From Patescibacteria group bacterium (GTDB lineage: Bacteria; Krumholzibacteriota; Krumholzibacteriia; Krumholzibacteriales; Krumholzibacteriaceae), in contig DATKWS010000113.1 of assembly GCA_035529435.1 (NCBI GenBank), forward strand, positions 13,001 through 77,000: a DNA stretch of 64,000 nucleotides, in the 5' to 3' direction. The notes under the pieces were generated by a model. It was not told the DNA's origin. It did not search any database and saw nothing but the letters and a program-made list of their open reading frames with translations. Shown here piece by piece: positions 28,554-38,599 of this stretch. Both the position numbers and the translations under genes were made by a program. Each line of letters begins with the position of its first letter. Within the stretch, counting starts at the first letter, position 1.

Positions 28554-29162
28554 ATGAAGCCGAATTCGATTACCGCACTCGTGGCCTGACTGCTCGTCGC
28601 CTTCGCGATCCCGGTGGGTACGCGGGCCCGGCAGGCCGCTTTCAGCATCAACGGGGGGATCGCCGGCCTGACCGGCGATGGAAGCGAGTACTGGAATCGG
28701 GGATTCACCGCCGGTGGGAACGGTTTCTTCACGATATCATCGTACGTCATGCTGGGAGTGCGCGTGTCGTACAACCGGTGGACGCCCGATGATGATATGC
28801 TTGTCGGTGATCTCGGATATGCCGGCATCGATTGGGAGGTCTCCGGTTCACGATCCGCCGTGGAGATCGCGCCGTCATTGAGATTTCTCGCACCGGCGAG
28901 CGAGGCATCCCCCGTCACTTTCTTTGCGCAGATCGGGGTGGGATTGTACATCATGGATGCGGAAACGGCGATCACGGCCTCGTATGCGGGCCGGACCGAA
29001 ACATACACCGGCAAGAGATCGGAAGACAGGATCGGCGTGACTTTCGGAGCGGGAATCGATATCGGGTACATAGAGATTCTACCTCTGTACACCGTGGTGG
29101 CGACGGATGAGGAATCGACAGGTTACTATTCGATAAGTGCCGGTGCCGTATTTTCGTTCTGA
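28554..29162 (+). CDS. outer-membrane beta-barrel protein with an in-frame TGA inside the signal peptide (possible pseudogene, or expressed from a downstream start)
   Basis: Reading from ATG 28554 gives MKPNSITALVA-TGA-LLVAFAIPVGTRARQAAFS...; the stop is at 28587-28589. The downstream body shows alternating amphipathic strands and a C-terminal ...AVFSF aromatic residue typical of OMPs. A GGAGGAGGGTGG RBS precedes ATG 28554. Confidence 0.5.
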
Positions 29163-29365
29163 CCGGAGCGGCGGGCGTACACGGAAATGGTCGCCATCGA
29201 GTCGTACAAAGATTTTGAGCTTGTTTTAAGCTTGTCTCGAACTCCGCATTTTGTATATTTCGGTTGCGAAGGAACAGTCCGCCACATGATCAACGAACCG
29301 TATCGGACTCCTCGACGCCGACCGCAGAATAACCCCACCGGCACGTTCGAAAAGGAGCGCCTCGC

Positions 29366-31129
29366 ATGAAACACGGAACCTTGACCTCGGTCCCGCTCTT
29401 CGCCCTCGTTTCACTCATCGCCGTACTGGCGTGCTCGTGCAGCGACGACTCGACCGGACCGCGGCCCTCACCCGAGACCGAGGAACCGCCCTGGGAGATC
29501 ATCACCACGGGCGTGACGTTCAACGCCGTCTGGGCTGCCTCGGCGCGTGACCGTTACGCCGTCGGGGCGAGCGGCGTCATCATGCATTACGACGGTCAGC
29601 GCTGGAGTGCCATGCGGAGCGGCACGACGAAGGACCTGTACGCCGTCTGGGGGGTGGATCGATCCGAGATGTACACCGTCGGTGAGGGAGGAAAGATTCT
29701 CAGGTACGACGGGAGTGAATGGCTCGCAATAAACAGCGGGGTGCCGTTCGATCTGTACGGTGTCTGGGGTACCGCCGGGGACGATGTCTACGCGGTGGGG
29801 GCGTGGGGATCGATCCTCCACTACGACGGGACCGGTTGGGCCGAGATGGCAAGCGGCACGAACGAGCATCTGCACGGTATCGCGGGCGGCCCGTCGGGTA
29901 TTGTGGCCGTGGGCGACAACGGTACGGTACGCCGATACTTCAACGCCTCATGGGAAACGGTCACGACCAGTGCCTCCGAGCATTTTCGTTCCGTCTGGAT
30001 CAGCGCCGACGGTGAGTGGTTCATCGCCGGGACGAACGGCACGATCATGACGTACGACATTCAGAGCGGTACGGGCGGCACGGTGACGCCGACATCGCAC
30101 CACCTCACCGGCGTGCACGGCGACGACGGCGACAACATCTATGCGGTAGGGGACGACGGAACGATTCTCCACTTCGATGGAACCGATTGGAATGCCGAAG
30201 CCGCCGGCACGCAGAACGACCTTCACGGAGTCTGGTGCGGCGACGGCGGTAAAGCGAGTGCCACCGGTTCGGTCGGTACGATCCTTACGGACTACGGCGC
30301 CGGCTGGACAATCTCGATCGAGGGGATCACGGCGAGTGACCTGACGGCGCTCTGGGGCGACACGACGAACTGCGCCTTTGCCGTGGGTAGGAATGGAACA
30401 ATCTTCCATTACGACGGATCCGCCTGGAGCACGATGGCAACCGGCAATTCATCGGCGCTCAATGACATCTGGGGATTTTCCGGTTCCGCTATTTTCGTCA
30501 TCGAGAATCCGAGCACCATCCTGCACTACGACGGCGCGGACTGGAGCCCGATGCCGAGTGGTACACCGTACTGGCTCGCCGGCCTATGGGGAAGCGCCGG
30601 CGACGATCTCTTCGCCGTCGGACTGTTCGGCACGATCGTCCATTACAACGGTACGGCGTGGAGCACGATGGCGACGATCACGTCAAACAACCTGTACGCA
30701 GTCTGGGGCAGCGCCGGCGACGATGTGTACGCCGCCGGCGATGTCGGCACGCTCCTGTACTACGGGGGATCGGGGTGGAGCGGCAGAACGAGCAACACGT
30801 TCCAGTTCCTCATCGACATATGGGGCAGCTCGCCCGATGATATCTTCGCCGCGGGGAGCATGGGCACGATCGTGCACTACAACGGGACGAATTGGATGGA
30901 GATGCAAACCGGCACCCTGAAGGATCTCACCTGTATCTGGGGAACATCCGCTGGGCACATCTTCTCGGCGGGGTCGGCCGGAACCGTCATCCGCTACGAC
31001 GGCACCGAATGGAGCGATATCTCGAGCCGTCTCCCCATCACGTTCACCGGCATCTGGGAGGACCCGGACGGCAACCTCTTCGCGGTCGGTGAATGGGGCA
31101 CCATCCTCCGGTACAATCCTCCGGATTGA
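29366..31129 (+). CDS. lipoprotein with ~12 tandem ~47-aa beta-propeller-type repeats (Ycf48/BNR-like)
   Basis: Signal peptide plus lipobox (LAC). Repeated unit G.ILHYDG..W..M.SGT..DL..VWG.S.DDVYAVG..GTI recurs across the whole protein. The DNA is correspondingly repetitive. Confidence 0.65.
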   Translation: MKHGTLTSVPLFALVSLIAVLACSCSDDSTGPRPSPETEEPPWEIITTGVTFNAVWAASARDRYAVGASGVIMHYDGQRWSAMRSGTTKDLYAVWGVDRSEMYTVGEGGKILRYDGSEWLAINSGVPFDLYGVWGTAGDDVYAVGAWGSILHYDGTGWAEMASGTNEHLHGIAGGPSGIVAVGDNGTVRRYFNASWETVTTSASEHFRSVWISADGEWFIAGTNGTIMTYDIQSGTGGTVTPTSHHLTGVHGDDGDNIYAVGDDGTILHFDGTDWNAEAAGTQNDLHGVWCGDGGKASATGSVGTILTDYGAGWTISIEGITASDLTALWGDTTNCAFAVGRNGTIFHYDGSAWSTMATGNSSALNDIWGFSGSAIFVIENPSTILHYDGADWSPMPSGTPYWLAGLWGSAGDDLFAVGLFGTIVHYNGTAWSTMATITSNNLYAVWGSAGDDVYAAGDVGTLLYYGGSGWSGRTSNTFQFLIDIWGSSPDDIFAAGSMGTIVHYNGTNWMEMQTGTLKDLTCIWGTSAGHIFSAGSAGTVIRYDGTEWSDISSRLPITFTGIWEDPDGNLFAVGEWGTILRYNPPD

Positions 31130-31144
31130 GCGATCGGTCCGAAG

Positions 31145-32209
31145 CTACATCCCGACAATGGCATCGACCAGCCCGTCGGCGCCGAACCTGACCGGATCCG
31201 TCGCGGGGAGGCCGGTCTCCGCGTGCGCGCCGGCGACGGCTTCGCGCGCGCTCTTCTCATCGAGATCGAATGTGTTGAGGGCAAGTCCCACAACGGGAAC
31301 CTTCCTGATCCCCCTGATCGCTTCCTCGTATAATGCTATGAGGGCCGGCAGCGGCGGTATCGGAACCGTGTAGTTGCGAACGACGGTCCGCGTCGGCTGG
31401 TGACACAGGATCAAGCCGCGGGGCAGCCCACCGGCCATCATACCCACCGTGACCCCCGCGTACCCCGGGTGAATGATCGATCCCTGGCCCTCGAGAATCA
31501 CGTAATCGTTCCCCGCGGCGTTCTCGAGGATGAGCCGCTCGGTCGCCCCGCCGATGAAATCCGCGACCACGCGATCAACCGGTATGCCGCTTCCCGTTAT
31601 CATGATACCGGTCTGGCCCGACGCGGCGAATCCGGCCCGGCGGCCGCGGGATGCGAGCCCGCGCACGATCTCCATCGCCGAGGTCATCTTGCCCGTGTTG
31701 CAGTCGGAACCGACGGTCAGTATCACCGGGCAGAACGGACACTCCTCGCCCGATGAGACACCGAGGTCCGGCGGCGGCCTGCGCACATCCCACATGACGA
31801 CGCCGGCGGAGCGGGCCAGCCGGACGAGCTCTCCGTCCTCGTTGAGAAACCGGTGCATGCCGTTTATTACATGGAGACGCGCCGAGAGCGCCGCAACGAT
31901 CACGGTCCGTTCCCCGTCCGTCAACATGCCGCCGCGCGGCGCCGTTCCCAAAACGAGCATATCGGGATCATGGGCGAGCGATGCCTCCAGCGAGGATACA
32001 ATCGGGATGTCCCCCCCGAATCCGAGCGCCTCCTGGACCGTGGAGGGTGCGCGGCTGGAATCGATGACGGCGACCACCTCGTCCGGGATGTACCGGATGA
32101 GGCACACGGCCGTCTTCGCGCCGAGGGGTGAAAAACACCCCTCGGCGAGAATCGTCATACGGCGTTTGCCCGGTTCCACGGGAAGCGGATAGAAGCGATC
32201 CGTCGGCAT
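31145..32209 (-). CDS. DUF1611 family protein
   Basis: About 354 aa. Pattern LGTAPRGG...ILTVGSDCNTGKMTSA...ILEGQGSI matches the DUF1611 (PF07755) architecture. Start placed at MPTDRFY with an AGGGGATAGG RBS. Confidence 0.6.
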   Translation of the reverse strand: MPTDRFYPLPVEPGKRRMTILAEGCFSPLGAKTAVCLIRYIPDEVVAVIDSSRAPSTVQEALGFGGDIPIVSSLEASLAHDPDMLVLGTAPRGGMLTDGERTVIVAALSARLHVINGMHRFLNEDGELVRLARSAGVVMWDVRRPPPDLGVSSGEECPFCPVILTVGSDCNTGKMTSAMEIVRGLASRGRRAGFAASGQTGIMITGSGIPVDRVVADFIGGATERLILENAAGNDYVILEGQGSIIHPGYAGVTVGMMAGGLPRGLILCHQPTRTVVRNYTVPIPPLPALIALYEEAIRGIRKVPVVGLALNTFDLDEKSAREAVAGAHAETGLPATDPVRFGADGLVDAIVGM

Positions 32210-32210
32210 C

Positions 32211-33224
32211 CTATCCCCTTTGTTCGTACTCGTTGGCGATATCCCCCATGACGTTCTCGATGACGTCCTCAAGCGTGACGACGCCGGTGAATTCATGCGA
32301 TTCGTCCACGACGATGGCCATATGGAACGATATCTCCTTCATCATGATGAGGAGCCGCTCGGCGGAGTCGTCCTGATTCGCGAACGGGGGAGGCTGCATG
32401 ACCGTCTCGAGCGACTCGCCCCCATCGAGGCCGAGGAGATCGAAGAGCGACACGACGCCGACGACACGTTTCTCATTCCCGGCCGCGGTGATCGGAAACC
32501 GCGAGAAGGTGTGTTTGTTCGCCTCGGCAACCACCTCGCCGACCGATGCGGTCACCGGGAAAAAAACAACCCGATCGCGGGGCACCATCAGTTCCCGTGC
32601 ATCGACGCTCCTGAATCGGAATATCCTGTCGATGATCAGACGCTCCTTCCGCTCGGCCGCTCCCTCCTCTTTGCCCCGCCGGTACAGGTAGATCAGTTCC
32701 TCGCGCGAGGAGATGAGGTTGAAATGCTGCTCGCGGGCACCCGAAAGACGGAGGAGCGACCGCGCGAGAACGGTCGCGGTCCAAACGAGCGGCCACAGAA
32801 CGTACGACATGATCTGGAGTAGCGGGGCGGTGATGATCGAGACGCGATCGGCATGGTAGAGAAATGCCGATTTCGGTATCACCTCGGCGAATATCAGGAT
32901 GAGCGGGGTCATGACGATCGTCGCCACGACCGCGCCGGAAGAACCGAACAGCGAAACGGCGAGCGTCGTTGCGGCGGCCGTGCACACGATCACCGATATG
33001 TTCGTCCCCACGAGCACGACGCTGAAGAACCACTCGGAAGATGCGAGCATGCGTTCGAGCACGCGCGCCCGCCACGAGCCCTGCTTGGCACGGTGGCGCA
33101 GCCGCACCTTGCTGCAGGAAACGACGGCCGTCTCCGAACCCGCGAAAAATGCGGCGAGCAGCAATGTCACGACAACCAGTATGACGGCGCTAAGTGGCGA
33201 CATCCCACTCCCCCGCATCGGCAA
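32211..33224 (-). CDS. HlyC/CorC family transporter (DUF21/CNNM TM domain + CBS pair)
   Basis: N-terminal DUF21 membrane domain (FFAGSETA, IPKS). Tandem CBS domains. It is one of two adjacent paralogues. Confidence 0.75.
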   Translation of the reverse strand: MPMRGSGMSPLSAVILVVVTLLLAAFFAGSETAVVSCSKVRLRHRAKQGSWRARVLERMLASSEWFFSVVLVGTNISVIVCTAAATTLAVSLFGSSGAVVATIVMTPLILIFAEVIPKSAFLYHADRVSIITAPLLQIMSYVLWPLVWTATVLARSLLRLSGAREQHFNLISSREELIYLYRRGKEEGAAERKERLIIDRIFRFRSVDARELMVPRDRVVFFPVTASVGEVVAEANKHTFSRFPITAAGNEKRVVGVVSLFDLLGLDGGESLETVMQPPPFANQDDSAERLLIMMKEISFHMAIVVDESHEFTGVVTLEDVIENVMGDIANEYEQRG

Positions 33225-34494
33225 TCCATTCTATCTTGATCTTGTTGATCCGCGTCGGTTCGGCCGAAAGTACCAGAAACCTGAAGCCCTCGAATATGAA
33301 CGATTCCCCCCCCCGCGGTATCTTCCCGATATGCTCGACGAGATATCCCGCGACCGTTTCGACCTCACGCGAATCCAGGGTGGTCTCGAATATCTCGTTG
33401 AGATCCTTGAGAAGCATCGATCCCTCGGCGACGATGCTGTTATCACCGCTCCGAAGGAACTCCTCGACACGTGGTTCGCGACGGTCGCGGATCTGGCCGA
33501 AGATTTCCTCGAGGATATCCTCGAGCGTCGCAATGCCGTCGAACGATCCGAACTCGTCGACGACCATGACCATGTGCTGTCTCGCCGCGATCAGCTCCCC
33601 GAAGAGCTCCCGTATCTTCTTGCTGTCCGGAGCGAAGAGTGCGGGACGCATGATATCTCGAAGCGAGACGCGCTCCTCACGCGAATAGCGCAGGAGATCC
33701 TTCGCGAGGAGCAAGCCGACGATCTGGTCGCTCTGCCCCTCGTAGAGGGGAATGCGGCTGAATCCGCGGTCACGTACCTGGATGATCGTCTCGTTGAGGC
33801 CCGTGCCCACATCGAGAGAAAAGACCTCTACCCGCGGCGTCATGATCTCTCGCACGGTCGTCTCGCTGAAAAGAAAGAGTTTGGTGAGGAGCTGCGTCTC
33901 GAAGCGATCGAACAATCCCTCGTGGTGCCCCAGTTCCACCGCCGTGGCGAGCTCGCGGGCGCCGTATACATCACTGCTGTCGCCGAAGATGCGCCGGCTC
34001 CGATCGACGGCGATTCCGGCGATGCCGTTGAGGATCAGACGCACCGGCGTCAAAGCGATCATGAGAAGCCTCAGCAGCGGTACCGCCGCCACGGCGAAGG
34101 TGACGGCGTTCTTCATGGCGAGGCTCTTCGGCGTTATCTCGCCGAAAACGAGGATCAGGAAGATCATGACGATCATCGCGAACCCGACGCCTTTTTCCCC
34201 GAAAAGGCTTATGGCGAGCGCCGTGACGGCGCTCGTGCTCGCGATATTCACGAGAAGATTGCCGAAGAGTATGGTAACGAGGAGCATGCGCGGCTCGCGA
34301 AGGAGCGCCGCGATCGCCCGCCTGCGCTTCCCCCCACTCTCCAGTTCCAGAACGGAGAACCGCGAAAGGGAGAAAAACGCCGCTTCCGAACCGGAGAAGA
34401 ATGCCGAAAAGAAGAGCAGGACGGCAACCAGCGCAACAAGAGGAAGATGATCACTGAACCGCACCGTATCGTTCACATCCCTCGCGCAAAGCAC
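33190..34494 (-). CDS. HlyC/CorC family transporter (DUF21 + CBS pair + CorC_HlyC C-terminal domain)
   Basis: FFSGSEAAFFS, GEITPKSLA, CBS pair and C-terminal transporter-associated domain. 434 aa. Confidence 0.75.
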   Translation of the reverse strand: MLCARDVNDTVRFSDHLPLVALVAVLLFFSAFFSGSEAAFFSLSRFSVLELESGGKRRRAIAALLREPRMLLVTILFGNLLVNIASTSAVTALAISLFGEKGVGFAMIVMIFLILVFGEITPKSLAMKNAVTFAVAAVPLLRLLMIALTPVRLILNGIAGIAVDRSRRIFGDSSDVYGARELATAVELGHHEGLFDRFETQLLTKLFLFSETTVREIMTPRVEVFSLDVGTGLNETIIQVRDRGFSRIPLYEGQSDQIVGLLLAKDLLRYSREERVSLRDIMRPALFAPDSKKIRELFGELIAARQHMVMVVDEFGSFDGIATLEDILEEIFGQIRDRREPRVEEFLRSGDNSIVAEGSMLLKDLNEIFETTLDSREVETVAGYLVEHIGKIPRGGESFIFEGFRFLVLSAEPTRINKIKIEWIADAGEWDVAT

Positions 34495-34548
34495 CCCGCT
34501 CGGGAAGAGAATTCCTCGTCATACACGCTCCACGAATATCCGGTGCAC

Positions 34549-35451
34549 CTAGTCTTCCAGGAGTTCTTGAAACCGCTCCTCGGCTATGGCGGCTTCCTCG
34601 CTGTAGGGATATTCCTTGCGCAACCGTTTCACCACACCGGCGGCTATCTCCTCCTCACCGATCTGTTCGTACGCAATGGCCATTCTGAGAAGTACGGCCG
34701 GCACCTTCCTGCCCCGCGGGTACTGCTGGAGAATCAGGGCGAACTCGTTGAGCGCATCGAAGTATTTCTGTTGCTCGATAAAACTCTCTCCCCGTATGAA
34801 CCGAACCTCCTCACCGAGAGGATGGTCGGGATACGCGTCGAAAAAGACGTCCGATTCCTCCAGCGCGAGCTGGTAGTCCCTCCGGCTGAAATCGAGGTAG
34901 ATCTGACGGTGAATCTCCTCCGGTGGGGGAACGGATGATCCGCCGCCCAAACGGATCCGGGTGGTATCCGCCTCGGCGAGTCCCGGACCCGTCGTCACAC
35001 CGGCCGTGTCGGGGTGGATCGCATCGATGCCGGGCACCCCCTCCCCCGTTACGCCCTCACCCGCAATCCCGCCGCCGGCCCCCAACGAATCGCCCACCGC
35101 GGTCCTTCCCGATGCCGGTGGACGTGGCTCGTACCGGTAGGTGCTGGAAACACCCATCTCGGCGAGCGCCTGCTGGAGCGCATTGATCTGATCCTTGAGT
35201 TCCTCGAGATCGAGCTTCAGCTGCGCGTTGAAGGACCGGCCGATCTGCTGCTGCTCCACGAGCGTCTTCTCGAGCAGGTAGACGCGCCGCTGGAGTTTCG
35301 CATTCTCCCCCAGCAGCGAGTCGATCTTGATCGAGGACTCGATCGTTTCGCGCGGCATCTGGACGAACTTGCGCCCCCAGCAGCCCCCGAACAGGACGGT
35401 CCCCATAATCAGGAGCATGCACGCTCCACCGAGATTTCGCTTCATGTACAT
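34549..35451 (-). CDS. ybgF: Tol-Pal system protein YbgF/CpoB (coiled coil + TPR)
   Basis: Signal peptide, N-terminal coiled coil (LQRRVYLLEKTLVEQQQ), and a C-terminal TPR-like region (YQLALEE...AYEQIGE). Immediately downstream of pal. Confidence 0.7.
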   Translation of the reverse strand: MYMKRNLGGACMLLIMGTVLFGGCWGRKFVQMPRETIESSIKIDSLLGENAKLQRRVYLLEKTLVEQQQIGRSFNAQLKLDLEELKDQINALQQALAEMGVSSTYRYEPRPPASGRTAVGDSLGAGGGIAGEGVTGEGVPGIDAIHPDTAGVTTGPGLAEADTTRIRLGGGSSVPPPEEIHRQIYLDFSRRDYQLALEESDVFFDAYPDHPLGEEVRFIRGESFIEQQKYFDALNEFALILQQYPRGRKVPAVLLRMAIAYEQIGEEEIAAGVVKRLRKEYPYSEEAAIAEERFQELLED

Positions 35452-35461
35452 TATCCGGTCG

Positions 35462-35980
35462 CTACTGAATCACCATGTGCGCGCGGCGGTTCTTCGCCCA
35501 CGCCGTCTCGTCGTGTCCGAACGTAAAGGGCCGTTCCTCCCCGTAGCTCACCATGGAGAGGCGCACGCTCGGAATGCCGTACGCGGTGTAGAAATCCATG
35601 ACCGCCTTCGCGCGTTTCTCCCCCAGAGCGAGGTTGTACTCGTTGGTTCCGCGTTCATCACAATGGCCCTCGATGAGGATCTTCGCCTCAACGTCAGCGA
35701 GTATGAGCTCCGCGTTCTGAGACAGTACCTTTTTGTATTCCGCCTTGATATCATACTTGTCGAAATCGAAAAAGATGTCGTTGAGAACGATCGGCTCTAT
35801 CTCTTCTTCCTCGATATCCACGGGCTCCTGTTCCTCCATCTCCACGGGAGGCGGAGGAGGAGGTGCGATCTCCTCGATCGGTTTTTCCATCTCTTCCACC
35901 GGAACAGTTACCTTCTTGGCACATGAAGGAAGCACGAGCATGAGAGCGAGCACGATTACCAACCATCCATACCGTGGCAT
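35462..35980 (-). CDS. pal: peptidoglycan-associated lipoprotein Pal (OmpA-like domain)
   Basis: Lipoprotein signal ([20 protein letters not shown]). The OmpA_C region carries the [12 protein letters not shown]...[24 protein letters not shown] motif. Start placed at the Met preceding the signal peptide, with a GGAGGTGAA RBS. Confidence 0.8.
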   Translation of the reverse strand: [172 protein letters not shown]

Positions 35981-36216
35981 CCAGTTCACCTCCGTGTTTA
36001 GGATCTCCCACCCTTCTCTGCGTACCATTCTCCCTCGACCTCTCGAACGAAAGCGCGCCACTCCTTCAATCCGCTTCCCGCCGGCCCCGCCGAGAGGATC
36101 ACCACGATCGCGCCGGAGCGCGAATCGCACCGGAGAGTATCATACCGATATCCCGTCCGATTGAAAACAGAAAATTACATATTTTTTTACCACCCCCGAT
36201 CGCCGGCCCGCAACCG

Positions 36217-37479
36217 CTACCGGTCCTCTCCCCGGTCCGCGGGAAGCAGGGACCAGGCTGCCGATTCACCCTGGACGAGGCGGCGCTTGTTCCCCGACTC
36301 GGTGTCGATGACCACGATCCACGGATTGCCGCCGTAACGCACCGTCGCCGCGAGATGCCTCCCATCCGGCGCCCATACCGGATCCTCGTAACTCAGATAG
36401 TCCTCGAACAGCGTGTCCTCCACCATGCCGTCGGGGGTGATGAGCCTCAACCGGTACAGGTCGTTTTCCCGCGAGACATAGGCGATCGCATCCCCGGTCG
36501 GCGACCATGCCGGCGATGTATTGTACGAGCCGCGACGCGAGAGGCGTCGCACGCCGCCGCCGAAACGATCCATCACGTATATCTGCGGCGTCAGCGTCCG
36601 ATCGCTCACGAAGGCGATTTCGTTCCCGTTCGGCGACCACGCCGGCGAACAGTCGATGGCGCGGTTCCTCGTCAGGCGCCGCACGATCTTTCCCGCCGAG
36701 TTCACGAGATAGATCTCGCTGTTGCCGCTCACGCTCAGCGACATGGTGATCTCGTCGCGGCCGGGAAAGTAATCCCCCGCCACGTTCAGACCCTTCCGGT
36801 GGGATATCATGTACCGTTTTCCGTGCGCAAGATCGACGAGGTAGCAATCGGGGTTGTCCCGCCGGTACGACGTGAAGCAGAACCGCTGATCGTCGAGCCA
36901 GACGGGAGAAACGGCGAGTTCCCCCGTGGTGATCTGCCGTTCTCCATTCCCGTCGTAATCGATAACGAAGAGATTCTTTACATCCCCCTCCCTCCTGCAG
37001 AAGAGCAGCCGCGTCGTCGCTATGCCCTTTTCACCGATCAGGAAGTAACAGATCTCGTCGCTCAGCCGGTGGGCGACCGCACGCTCGGCGTCCCGCTCGA
37101 ACCGGTACCGTTTGCTGAAAATGATCTCCCTGCTGGAGAAATCGAGCAGGTTCGCATCGAGTACGTACCCCTCCCCGCTTCGCGCCAACGCCCCCTCGAA
37201 CAGCGCCGCCGCCGTCACTCCCCCCCCGAGCGAATCGACCGTGCCGGTTACACGGATCGGCTCGAAGACATCGGTATATTCGAGATCCTTGATCAGCACG
37301 GTCGTGATGTAGCGGGCAATCCTGTCGACAGTTGCAACGGCCGGCTCGATCTCATTGACCACGATCGGTATCTCGCCGCGGCCGCCCTTCTCGGTCTGCA
37401 GGTAGATATCGGTCTGAGCGAACACCGCCCGGGGCAGCAGCGCGAGTACCATGATCATTACCAGTGCACGCATGTTCAA
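36217..37479 (-). CDS. tolB: Tol-Pal system beta-propeller protein TolB
   Basis: Signal peptide, N-terminal TolB_N-like region, then repeated PD40/WD40-like SP.WSPDG / AWSPNG / PAWSPTG / PVWAPDG blades. Confidence 0.85.
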   Translation of the reverse strand: MNMRALVMIMVLALLPRAVFAQTDIYLQTEKGGRGEIPIVVNEIEPAVATVDRIARYITTVLIKDLEYTDVFEPIRVTGTVDSLGGGVTAAALFEGALARSGEGYVLDANLLDFSSREIIFSKRYRFERDAERAVAHRLSDEICYFLIGEKGIATTRLLFCRREGDVKNLFVIDYDGNGERQITTGELAVSPVWLDDQRFCFTSYRRDNPDCYLVDLAHGKRYMISHRKGLNVAGDYFPGRDEITMSLSVSGNSEIYLVNSAGKIVRRLTRNRAIDCSPAWSPNGNEIAFVSDRTLTPQIYVMDRFGGGVRRLSRRGSYNTSPAWSPTGDAIAYVSRENDLYRLRLITPDGMVEDTLFEDYLSYEDPVWAPDGRHLAATVRYGGNPWIVVIDTESGNKRRLVQGESAAWSLLPADRGEDR

Positions 37480-38102
37480 TCCCTCTGAACAAAGGTGAAG
37501 TGGATACCAAGATAGGAATCACCGAACGCCTTGGGGAGCGGTGGAAACGGCGCCGAGCTGCGGACGGCCCTGAGTGCCGACCGATCGAAATAGGAGGAGC
37601 CCGAGCCGCGTTCGATCCGTGCATCCCGCACCTGTCCGTCGCGGTCCAGACGGAAGTACACCACGCAGCTCAGTCCCTCGGGGCCGCCCGACGTGCCCGC
37701 AAACCAGTTCTGGGACACCTTGCGTTCGATCGCCTCGAGGTAGTACGAGAAGGGGAAGCGGGGCGCGTCGACGACAAGAGATGTCGTCTCGGGCGTCTCC
37801 TTGCCGACGGAGAGGTCCATCGGTTCCTCCTGCTTCGGCGCCTCCGGTTCCTTCTTCACTTCTTTCTTCTTCTCTGTTTTCGGTTTCGGCTTCGCCGGTG
37901 CAGGCTTTGTTTCCTTCTTTTCCTCAACCACGACCGGCTTTTCGTCGGCCGCCTCCTGCTTCGCCCGCACGACCGGCTGCAGTATCTTGACGGAATAGAT
38001 GCTCCGGGGCAATCGCATCTCGGGAACCACACGGAACAGATAGAACAGGGCGCAGAACATCACGAGATGAACGAGAATGGATATGAAAAGGGAAAGCCTC
38101 AT
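37476..38102 (-). CDS. tolA: TolA/TonB-family energy-transducer (N-terminal TM anchor, Pro/Lys/Glu-rich linker, TonB_C-like domain)
   Basis: TM helix (LFISILVHLVMFCALFYLF). KPAPAKPKPKTEKKKEVKKEPEAPKQEE linker. C-terminal FSYYLEAIERKV...RDARIERGSG fold. Sits between tolR and tolB. Confidence 0.6.
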   Translation of the reverse strand: MRLSLFISILVHLVMFCALFYLFRVVPEMRLPRSIYSVKILQPVVRAKQEAADEKPVVVEEKKETKPAPAKPKPKTEKKKEVKKEPEAPKQEEPMDLSVGKETPETTSLVVDAPRFPFSYYLEAIERKVSQNWFAGTSGGPEGLSCVVYFRLDRDGQVRDARIERGSGSSYFDRSALRAVRSSAPFPPLPKAFGDSYLGIHFTFVQRD

Positions 38103-38120
38103 GCCCCTCCACCACGTGAG

Positions 38121-38519
38121 CTACGACAGATCCTCCTGCTCGGCGATGAGGCCGAGGTCCTCGATACCGAGCATCTTGATCCGCGCGATCACCCGCATCA
38201 TCATTCCGTACCGGGCATCCTTGTCACCGCGGAGAAATATACGGGGCGGGTTGCTTTCAAGTTCTTTGCGCAGTTCGGCCGCGAACTCCTCCCACGCAAC
38301 GGGGCGTTTGCCGATGAAAATGGCCCCGTTCGCGTCGACCGAGATCGTCACACCCTCCTGTTCCTCTATCACCTTCGCTTCCGCTTTGGGTAGATTGAGC
38401 CTGACGCCCGCCTGGAGGAATGGCGCCGTCAGCATGAAAACGATGAGCAGTACCATCATCACGTCGACAAGGTTGGTGATATTCACCTCTGCCAGTGAGG
38501 AATAACGCGTGCGCTTCAT
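38121..38519 (-). CDS. tolR: ExbD/TolR biopolymer transport protein
   Basis: Single TM segment (LVDVMMVLLIVFML). Periplasmic ExbD-fold motif (VTISVDANGAIFIG). Start set at MKRTRYSS. Confidence 0.8.
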   Translation of the reverse strand: MKRTRYSSLAEVNITNLVDVMMVLLIVFMLTAPFLQAGVRLNLPKAEAKVIEEQEGVTISVDANGAIFIGKRPVAWEEFAAELRKELESNPPRIFLRGDKDARYGMMMRVIARIKMLGIEDLGLIAEQEDLS

Positions 38520-38599
38520 GTATGCTCCCTTCGTTTCCCTGACCGGGACCATTCGATCAAAACGGTCCCGATCTCTCCTCTCATCACAATTTGGAGCAA

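Noticed and set aside
28587-28589. Selenocysteine or alternative genetic code as the explanation for the in-frame TGA
   Set aside because: Many neighbouring genes end with TGA used as a stop. No SECIS-like hairpin follows immediately, and a signal peptide is an implausible Sec site. A mutation or sequencing error is more likely.
35974-37488. 504-aa plus-strand ORF opposite tolB, and similar long antisense ORFs at 26519-27634, 39672-40808, 47030-48478, 58491-60137 and 23374-24354
   Set aside because: Each overlaps a gene with strong family signatures on the other strand. Their composition, rich in Arg, Pro, Gly and Asp, is typical of GC-rich non-coding frames.
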